A stretch of 64,000 bases of DNA from Trypanosoma brucei (taxonomy: Eukaryota): the NCBI GenBank assembly GCA_000002445.1, contig CP000068.1:1152001-1216000 (forward strand), given 5' to 3'. The position numbers and the translations under genes are program-made. Positions 32,701 through 41,463 of the stretch are shown piece after piece (the first letter of the stretch is position 1; each line of letters starts with the position of its first letter). Under the pieces are notes generated by a model. That model worked only from the letters and a program-made list of their open reading frames with translations. It was not told where the DNA came from and searched no databases.

Positions 32701-35283
32701 TATGATGAATGTGACCGCCTGTACTTTGAAGAGGTGTCAGAGGAGACAGTGCTTGACATCCTGCTCAAAGAAAAGATTAGCGGTGTTATCATATCGCTGG
32801 GTGGACAAATTGTCCAAAATATGGCCCTTCGATTGAAAGAGCATGGGCTGCCGATCCTTGGGACAGATCCTGTAAACGTTGATAAGGCAGAAGATCGCAA
32901 CAAATTCTCGAAGATGTGCGATCAACTGGGTGTACCGCAGCCCGAATGGATTTTGTCAACAAGTGTTCAAGATGTTCACGCGTTCTGCCAGCGCGTCGGT
33001 TTCCCGACACTTGTGCGACCAAGCTATGTGTTGAGCGGCTCTGCTATGGCTGTCATATCGTCTCCGGAAGATATTGACCGCTACCTCACTAAGGCTTCGT
33101 TGGTTTCTGGTACTCATCCTGTTGTGGTGAGCAAGTACTACGAAGGTGCAATGGAATACGACGTTGATATCGTTGCCCATCACGGCCGTGTGCTCTGTTA
33201 CGCGATTTGCGAGCATTTGGAAAATGCTGGTGTACACTCAGGAGATGCCACGATGTTCCTTCCTCCACAGCACACCAAAAAGGAGGTCATGAAACGCATA
33301 TACGAAGCAGCCACACAAATTGCCGGAGAGTTGGATGTTGTCGGACCCATGAACGTTCAGTTCTTGCTCACTAAGGACGAGCAGCTGCGCGTGATTGAGG
33401 CGAACATCCGCAGCTCACGTTCCGTGCCGTTTGTTTCCAAGACGCTTGGCATATCGTTCCCGGCCGTCATGGTTTCCGCGCTTCTATCGCGTCCCGACTC
33501 CGAGCTTGTGCCAATCCGTCGTGCTAAGATGACTCACATTGGTTGTAAGGCTCCTATGTTCTCATTCAACCGACTCGCTGGCGCTGACCCTATCCTCGGT
33601 GTGGAGATGGCATCCACGGGTGAAATTGGCGTATTTGGCTGTGACAAACGCGAGGTGTTTCGTAAAGCAATGCTTTGCCAGAATTTCCGGTACCCGACAA
33701 AAGGTGTTTTTATCAGCTCTGATGTGGACGCAGTCACTGAGGAGCTCCTCCCCCACCTCGAGAAGATTTCAAAGACGTTACCACTTTTTGCATCAACACA
33801 CACCGGTGCTGTGCTCACCAAGCACGGCATTCCGCACACTGTCTTAACTCAAAGGCATGAGGATGGTGACAATCCCACATACGAGGTGGAGCTCGCGGCG
33901 AGGCGATTTGACCTCGTTATTCAGCTACGAAATAAAAGGAAAGATTTCATTCTGCGAAGCTGCACGCGGGAAAATGCACCACCAGACTACTGGGTCCGCC
34001 GCCTTGCTGTTGACTACAACGTAGCACTCCTTACCGAGCCCAACGTTGTGAAGATGTTCTGCGAAACCCTTGACATCATTGGTGATATCGAGATCGAACC
34101 ATTCCGCTACTACGTACCTCGCGTATATCACAAAATAGAGAGCAATAACTGCACTATGCTGCGCCACCACAAGGTTGGTCTCTGTATTAATCCTACGATG
34201 GATAGCAAGGTCCTCGCCATACGTATGCGCGAAGAGAAAATCGATCTCACATGCTTCCACGCGTCTCTCGGTGGATCGGTCACGAGCAGCGAGGCCTTTG
34301 CTGAGGAGTTCCGGTCACTTAAGGTTCCCGTGGAAGTTGTAGATCTCCGTAACGAAATGGCAGAACTCGCCTTCGATATGGTGATGGCTCTCATCGCAGA
34401 AGAAGATAACAGGTGGCACTTGCCGGCGCTGGCTGAACACGTCATTGGCGTGCACCTCCTCACTGCGATGCAGGAGCGCGGTGTTACTGTTGTTGCACAG
34501 TGCTCATCACAAGGGAGGAAGGGAATGAATTTTGAACGTTATGCCCGCATGCTTCAGCCGAAGATGGGTGTTTATAGCCCGTGGCGAGACCAACGTATGC
34601 TAAGTGATTTCCCTACAGAGGCTGAAAAAATCAATTTTCTTGAAAAACATGAGGTAAAGGTTCAATCAGCAGCGATGGAGACACACAGTAGTATCTGTGG
34701 CATTACATGTGGATTGGGCGGCGAAGTCGCCACGCCTACACCACGGATGGTTCTCCCTGTGTCTAAATGTCCCGCCACACCCGAGTTTTGCTCTATTGCA
34801 TTCCGTGCGGCACGCTGCGTCCGCATCAACGACGTCGATGTCACACCGGTTCAGGCCCTGCAGCTGGCGAACGAAATTGCCGGCCGCAATGGTGTCGGTC
34901 TTGAACACACTCAAAACAATGAGATGTGCGAGGCGCCAGGTATGACACTACTTTCCAAAGCTCTGCACTTTATCTATGACGTGTGTTTCGATCGCGGTAA
35001 CACTGATGCCTTCCGTATGTACTCCCGGCATGTGTCATCCATGCTTTCCTCACGCGGTTTCGTTGAGCGCCAAACACTATCTTCATTGGAGGCTATCCGT
35101 CATTTAACAGCGGATGTGGACGGTGTGGTGGATGTGGAAGTGAACCGAGGTGAAGTGATATTCCTAAAGGTATCGCACGTCTCACGGCCCGTAAAGCTTC
35201 GACTAACCAAAATCATGACTGACGAAGAGCTCGAGGAGGTGTTCCAACCCGGTGACGGCACGTTCGGTGATGTACAATGGTAG
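29782..35283 (+). CDS. PYR1: Carbamoyl-phosphate synthetase II: a glutamine amidotransferase-CPS fusion (kinetoplastid pyr1) with an additional ~385-residue C-terminal extension. Approximate domain spans: GATase ~29782-30870, CPS large chain ~30898-34120, extension ~34126-35283.
   Basis: Class-I GATase motifs '[18 protein letters not shown]' and '[13 protein letters not shown]'. CPS large-chain motifs '[25 protein letters not shown]', the ATP-grasp pair '[15 protein letters not shown]' / '[16 protein letters not shown]', the oligomerisation domain and the MGS-like domain 'KGVFISSDV...[17 protein letters not shown]'. 1833 codons. No ATCase domain is fused. Confidence 0.95.
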   Translation: [1833 protein letters not shown]

Positions 35284-35770
35284 GCCGCTGACTAAAAATA
35301 CGTATGCGTTTGAGTGTAGTGAATGTGAGTTGACGTAACTTCCTTAGAAAACTTATTTTAGTCAACGCTCCTCTTGACGAGATACTGAATGTGCCTGAAG
35401 TGGAAAGTGAAAGCGGGGAGCGGTGTGGATGTATTTCACTTATGCTTCCAATTTTCCCGTTTCAACATGATACCGCGAGGATATGAAGGAAAAGGGACGT
35501 GAAGGAAGCAACCGAAGTCAGAACATTTCTTACTGCTAGTGGGATGGTCCCACAAATCAACAGCGTGGGCGCCGAAATCGAGTGGTCATTTTCACAATAC
35601 CGTTTACCACATTCTCCGTTCTGTCAATTGTGCCTACACAAATTTATTTTATCCCGTTTCCATTCTTGCACCTTCTCCGTTTTTTTTGGTTTTATTTTTC
35701 ATTTTTAGTTATGCCATTTCTCCACCCATTTTATTTTGTTTGGCCCCTCTCTTTCTTCCCCTGTCCCTCT

Positions 35771-35783
35771 CCCCCCCCCCCCC
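35771..35783. repeat. C13 homopolymer within a CT-rich tract, in the CPSII downstream region.
   Basis: ctctcccccccccccctctccccctc. Confidence 0.9.
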
Positions 35784-36185
35784 TCTCCCCCTCTTTCCTC
35801 TTTTTTTTTCTTTACTACGGTCAGGTTGAGATTTCTGAAAGGAGGGAGGGTAAGGGACAGGGGAGGGATGTAAGCGTCACGAGGGTACTGAATTCAAAAC
35901 GGAAGCAACGTTTAAAAAATAAACATACACACACACACACAAACGTTCGTTGATAACACTATTGCCGGTATATTTTTGTTAAGGAATCAAACAAGAGAGA
36001 GGGAGAGGAAATGATAGCATGCGACGGTATCTAACTTTACTTCCCTCATCGATATATGGTAATTCCCTTCCCTGAAAACGAATCGAGGGTAAGCGCGGCA
36101 TTAAGAATTCCCCACCGTGTTTTTTTTTGATTTGTGTTACTAAACTTCTCAAATGAATCATGAGAAGTAAAAAGGAAGGAAGGAA

Positions 36186-36197
36186 GGGGGGGGGGGG
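36186..36197. repeat. G12 homopolymer.
   Basis: ggaaggggggggggggtaaag. Confidence 0.9.
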
Positions 36198-36977
36198 TAA
36201 AGTCATTGTTTTATGTGTATGCGCCTCCGTGTGTTGCGGAACCCTGCAAAAGGAGAAAGAACCGTACCGCAGAGCCGGTGTAAATTTACCCTGAAGTCAC
36301 GTAGACGAGTAAATGGTGGTTACTAATAAGTAATATAATTAATTTAACTGCACAGTATAGATAAGAGGACGGGTTGGGCGTGAAGAAAAAAAATGAGAAC
36401 GGTTACAATGGAGAAAAGGGGAGGGTAAGCTGACTTTTTCGGCGTGTCAAAAAATTAGTATAATAATCGATTCTTTCTTTGCTTCTCTCCTTCTTTTTGT
36501 TTTTTCCTCTTCTTCACGCGCTCTCCTTCTCTTTATTTTTACCGTCTTTGACCCCTTTTTCCCCTCCTCGTTTGGCCGTGGCTGTGATAACTGATTTCAC
36601 TTCAACTCCCTAAAGGAATATAGTGGAAGCAAAGATTTGGGAGCGTGACTAGAAATGTTTTGTGCACAGCCCTCCCACATGGCGAATAATTGTAGCGGCA
36701 GTTTCTAACGGTTATATGTTTAACTGCATTATGCCCCTCTCTCACTTGGCGCCATCTCTGTGTTACAACATGCGTTTGATCTATCAGTTTATTATATTGT
36801 TTTCCCTCAAACACATGCGAAGCGAGTAAGAGTTGAAAATGTTACGGCAAAGGCCAATGGGCACTGGTAGAAGGCAACGGATCGCGGTTATGAAAGTTCT
36901 TGTGTGTATGTTTATGTGGGGGTGGGGGTGGAAGTTGTGGTAGTGTCATCTCGTGTACATTGTTTAAGTCGCTTCAA

Positions 36978-37026
36978 CCTTGTTTCTTTTTTTTTTCCTT
37001 TTCTTCTTCTTCGCTATCTGATTGAG
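36978..37026 (+). promoter_or_regulatory. Polypyrimidine tract plus AG upstream of OMPDC-OPRT: a candidate trans-splice acceptor.
   Basis: 'ccttgtttcttttttttttccttttcttcttcttcgctatctgattgag', ~155 nt upstream of the ATG. Confidence 0.4.
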
Positions 37027-37180
37027 TTTTCATACTAAGTTGGATCCGCTGCTTGACTTGTATATATAAAGCAGCAGTATTCTAGGTAAAGAAGACCAAA
37101 TAAAAAAGAAAGAGGTAAGTAAAAATTGAAGACACATATATACAAACCAACAAGTGTTGTGAAAGGCAAACAGTTACAAA

Positions 37181-38557
37181 ATGTCCTCTACTTTCTTTGA
37201 TATGCTTAACAAACGGGCGAAAACCACGTTGCTCTGTATAGGCTTAGACCCACGGGCTGACACTGCAGCGGCAGCAGTTCTCGAGTGCAAGCGGATTATT
37301 GACACCACATCCAACTATGCGGCGGCATATAAGCCTAACGCAGCCTTTTTTGAGTGTTTTGGAGCAGCCGGTTGGTCGGCACTCGAAGAAGTGATCGCTC
37401 ACATTCCTCAGGACATTCCCGTTTTGTTGGACGCGAAGCGTGGTGATATCGCTGACACGGCAGAGGCATATGCGAAATCTGCCTTCCAACGCCTCAAGGT
37501 ACACGCCATAACTGCTTCACCATACATGGGGGGTGATTCCCTGCAACCCTTTCTGAAGTACTCATCGAAGGGAGTATTTGTTTTGTGTAAAACCTCCAAC
37601 AAGGGTTCCAGTGAGCTTCAATGCCTACAAACAAATGGGCAGTCTCTATATGAAACCATTGCCGAACGTGCTGAGAGAGTTTGGAATTACAACCGTAATG
37701 TCGGTTTGGTTGTTGGTGCCACGGACCCTGTTGCCCTCTCCCGCGCACGAGCATGTGCCCCCACATTGTGGATTTTGGTTCCTGGTGTTGGAGCACAAGG
37801 CGGCGACCTGAAGGCAGCACTGCAAGCTGGGCTGCGTACGGACGGGAGCGGTCTGCTAATTAATGTCTCACGTGCAGTAACCCAAGCGAAAGATCCGCGC
37901 GCGGTGGCACAAAAGCTCTGCGAGGATATTAACCGTATCCGGCTGCGCACAAACAATGTGTCGGAAATGGCAGGCGCACTTGTGGCATCGCAATGTGTAC
38001 GCTTTGGTAAGTTCACTCTGAAGTCAGGGAAAACATCGCCCATTTACATTGATCTGCGCCGTCTCGTAACACATCCGTTGATAATGCGTTTGGTGGCCCG
38101 TCACTACGCGCGTATATTAACCACTATGCAGTTTGACCGCATTGTGGGTTTGCCCTACGCTGCGCTCCCTATTGCGACCGCCATTTCACTTGAGATGAAT
38201 GTTCCTCTTATCTACCCACGCCGGGAGAGGAAAGATTATGGTACGAAGGGTCTCATTGAGGGAGATTTTCAGAAAGGCGACCGTGTGGTAATTGTTGACG
38301 ACCTCGTGACAACAGGTGAGACAAAAGTAGAGGCTATTGAGAAGCTGAAGGCAGCCGGGCTTCATATTGTTTCCATAGTTGTGCTCATTGACCGAGAGAT
38401 GGGCGCCAAAAAGTTCCTCGGTAGTCTTGGTTATGAGTTCCATGCAGTTGCCACACTTTCTCAATTACTCCCGCTTTGGTTACAGCAAGGCGCCATTACG
38501 GATAAGCAGATGCGAGAAGTCACCGCCTTCATGTTGGAATCCACTAGCAAGCTGTAA
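37181..38557 (+). CDS. PYR6-5: Bifunctional OMP decarboxylase (N-terminal) and orotate phosphoribosyltransferase (C-terminal) with a C-terminal SKL. This is the kinetoplastid pyr6-5 arrangement, reversed relative to metazoan UMP synthase.
   Basis: OMPDC motifs 'LLCIGLDPRAD' and 'VLLDAKRGDIADT' (DxKxxD catalytic Lys). OPRT begins near 37967 'MAGALVASQCVRFGKFTLKSGKTSPIYIDLR', with the PRPP-binding loop 'VVIVDDLVTTGETK'. The last three codons before the stop encode S-K-L (PTS1). Confidence 0.95.
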   Translation: MSSTFFDMLNKRAKTTLLCIGLDPRADTAAAAVLECKRIIDTTSNYAAAYKPNAAFFECFGAAGWSALEEVIAHIPQDIPVLLDAKRGDIADTAEAYAKSAFQRLKVHAITASPYMGGDSLQPFLKYSSKGVFVLCKTSNKGSSELQCLQTNGQSLYETIAERAERVWNYNRNVGLVVGATDPVALSRARACAPTLWILVPGVGAQGGDLKAALQAGLRTDGSGLLINVSRAVTQAKDPRAVAQKLCEDINRIRLRTNNVSEMAGALVASQCVRFGKFTLKSGKTSPIYIDLRRLVTHPLIMRLVARHYARILTTMQFDRIVGLPYAALPIATAISLEMNVPLIYPRRERKDYGTKGLIEGDFQKGDRVVIVDDLVTTGETKVEAIEKLKAAGLHIVSIVVLIDREMGAKKFLGSLGYEFHAVATLSQLLPLWLQQGAITDKQMREVTAFMLESTSKL

Positions 38558-39390
38558 GTGGGTCGGAGCTCTATCTTTAAGCTATTGCGGACGTACACAC
38601 ATGTTTTCGTTGCAAATTATTTTCGCACCTACTTCAGATCGTAAGCGTGGGGAGTAATAATAATGCTCCCTACCATGAATTTAAGCAGTTTGGTGAATGA
38701 ACAATTCGCTTTAAATTGATGGACCATGAAATGCACTTTTACGGTCGCAGCGTTTAACTAAGTGGCGAGGGCAAGTTTTTAATAATAATAATAATAAAGC
38801 AAATAGTAAACTATATGAGACAGCAATGGGGTTTGGGAGGGAAGGTTTAATCGCTTCAAAGGTATTTGTGTGTGGTTGAGGAGGTGATAGCGAAGTGAGG
38901 GTTTCTAATAACTGTAGAGCAGCAATAAAAAAAAAGGTAGCAGTTGATCAATTTGCTGTGGTGCCCTCTGCATTGAAGGGTATCTGGGATGTATGAAGTT
39001 CCATCACTCGGAGCCATCACCTTTCCCTCATTTCTCGTTTACATCCTTTACATGTTGGGTGGTGGCATTAATTCTTCACTTAACAAATAAACAAAGGGGA
39101 CTACAAGAGGAACAATAAGGATATTGTGTGACTTCCCCCCCCCTCTCTCTCTTCATTTAGTTGAACTGTCAGTGGATACACACAAGGAAGGTTTCGGATG
39201 AAGCTAAAAAGGAAAGAGGATGATGTTAAACGATGAGTATGATAAATATGCGTAATTGCTAATTGGGTGGACAACGGAGAGAAGCAGAAAATAAAAATGT
39301 TGAGATCAGATTGGAAGTGTTGTGTGGACAGATAAACTGGGTTGTATAGCGTACAGTAATAGCATTGACTCTCTTTTGACAACTTACGCT

Positions 39391-39430
39391 GTTTCCCCCT
39401 CTTTTTTTTTCTTTTCACACCTTCCTTCGT
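39391..39430 (+). promoter_or_regulatory. Polypyrimidine tract upstream of ATCase: a candidate trans-splice acceptor region.
   Basis: 'gtttccccctcttttttttcttttcacaccttccttcg', ~240 nt upstream of the ATG. Confidence 0.35.
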
Positions 39431-39670
39431 TATGACGCACCACTGGAAAGGCAGATCGCCTTCTCTACACGTTATTTAAACGGTGAAACGACCGGAACTG
39501 ACAGGGTTGACAACAGGAAAAAAGAGGAAAAGAAGGGAAGGAAGTGTGAGATACCTGCGGTCTCGGAACTTGCTAAATTTTCACAGCTATCGAAAACCAG
39601 TGGCGATAGTTCTCATAGGGTCGGACGTGAACTACCGTTTTCTTCTCTGACGTCGGACTCAGACGAATAA

Positions 39671-40654
39671 ATGGCGGAGCTGCAACCTGTAACTAGTTTG
39701 AAGGGGAAGAGCATAATAACCGCAGCTCAGTTCACCCGCCCCGATATTGATGCTCTCATTCGCCTTGCCACTGCACTTAAAGAGAAGATATGTGCGGGAG
39801 AGGTGTTACGTTTTCTTGAGGGTCGCATCATGACACCTCTATTCTTTGAGGATTCCTCCCGCACGCTTAATTCCTTTTGTGCGGCCATGGCGAGGCTTGG
39901 AGGTCGCGTTGTGTACTTTAAAGCCGAAACCTCCTCCGTGAACAAAGGCGAGACACTCGGGGATACGGTTCGGACGCTGGATTCCTACAGTGACGTACTT
40001 GTGCTGCGTCACCCAAAGCAGGAGGCCATTACGGAAGCGGTTGCCAAAGCTACGCATCCCGTTTTGAATGCCGGGAATGGGGCCGGTGAGCACCCAACAC
40101 AAGCACTTCTCGACGTGTTAACAATACATTCTGAACTGGGCCGCGTTGACGGTAGCACAATCGCGATGATTGGTGATCTTAAGATGGGACGTACGGTCCA
40201 CTCACTACTGAAGTTGCTGGTGCGTAACTTTAAAATGAAAACCATCTTCTTTGTTGCGCCGGATGCACTTCAAATGCCACAGGATGTGGTGGACTCACTA
40301 AAGCAGGAAATAGCAGCAAGTGGCGTGACAATTCGAAGTAGCAACTCGCTGACAGAAGAAATTTTGGGACAATGCGATGTGTTGTACGCCACCCGTCTGC
40401 AGAAGGAGCGCTTTGCCGCAGCGGCTCTGGACGAAGCGAAGGCGTTACAGGCATTTGAAGCGGCAAAGGCGGATATCGTTATTAATGCCGAGCGCATGAA
40501 GAAGGCGAAGGCGAAGATGATTGTCATGCACCCACTTCCCCGTAATGATGAATTGTGCACCAGTGTGGACGAGGACCCACGCGCGGCATACTTTAGGCAG
40601 ATGCAGTACGGTATGTATATGCGGATGGCCATACTTTACAGTGTTCTCGCTTAA
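39671..40654 (+). CDS. PYR2: Aspartate carbamoyltransferase, catalytic chain only.
   Basis: 'FFEDSSRTLNSF' (carbamoyl-phosphate site), 'GEHPTQALLD', 'LKMGRTVHSL' and 'MHPLPRNDEL' are the ATCase signatures. 327 aa. Confidence 0.95.
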   Translation: MAELQPVTSLKGKSIITAAQFTRPDIDALIRLATALKEKICAGEVLRFLEGRIMTPLFFEDSSRTLNSFCAAMARLGGRVVYFKAETSSVNKGETLGDTVRTLDSYSDVLVLRHPKQEAITEAVAKATHPVLNAGNGAGEHPTQALLDVLTIHSELGRVDGSTIAMIGDLKMGRTVHSLLKLLVRNFKMKTIFFVAPDALQMPQDVVDSLKQEIAASGVTIRSSNSLTEEILGQCDVLYATRLQKERFAAAALDEAKALQAFEAAKADIVINAERMKKAKAKMIVMHPLPRNDELCTSVDEDPRAAYFRQMQYGMYMRMAILYSVLA

Positions 40655-41211
40655 GGCACAAACGGAAGCAGGAGTGTAAAAGAAAAAAGAAAGGAACAAC
40701 AGAGCCCAAGGAGAAACTCACAGGTTGATTGGTTTAACTTCGCTCAATAGAGAGTGGATTAGCACAGTGAGGGTGTCCAACACGTTAACAAAGTGAGGAA
40801 ACGATAAGGAGCATCGGCCTCCAGTGGAGCGAATTATTAATATTCGGAAGGTAAATGATCGCATCAATATCTTGGATGTTGGCAAGAGGATCGGCAGCTG
40901 AAATGGTTTAGTGACCGGTTTTCCTTTAATTTTTTAAATCGTGACTTAGCTACAGCAGGTGGGAGAAAGATAAAAGAAAATGGGGGATCACACAACGACC
41001 ATGAAGGTTCCTGCCACCAAGCGCAACCGAGTAGTTACGTGAGAGTTACAAGTTGTTAGTGAGCGGTAACTTAACAATCCACACCCTTGTAACTTTTTTA
41101 AAGAAAAATAAAAGAGAAAACACCTGTTAGGGAATATTTCTTGACCTGACCACAGTTTCGTACATCTTTCCGTTGTCTACCTGGATACCACCCAAAATGC
41201 TTTGCAAATCA

Positions 41212-41256
41212 TCCCGTTTTGCCTTTTTTTTTCTTTTTTAATTTGTTCGCTTTGAG
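41212..41256 (+). promoter_or_regulatory. Polypyrimidine tract plus AG upstream of DHODH: a candidate trans-splice acceptor.
   Basis: 'catcccgttttgccttttttttcttttttaatttgttcgctttgag', ~210 nt upstream of the ATG. Confidence 0.35.
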
Positions 41257-41463
41257 CCATTGATTCTTCGGTTTTGACCAATAATTATCAAACATCCCAA
41301 GGGGAACATTAACGGGGAAAAGAGTTAAGGGGAAGAGGCACTTAAAGGAAGTACACAACATTTGTCGATATTGAAACGAAACGAGGGAGTCAGTACATCC
41401 ACGCAACTGAGTGAGGTGTGGTAGTAGTGCAACCGTAAACGCATACGCAAAGGGAAAAGTAAC

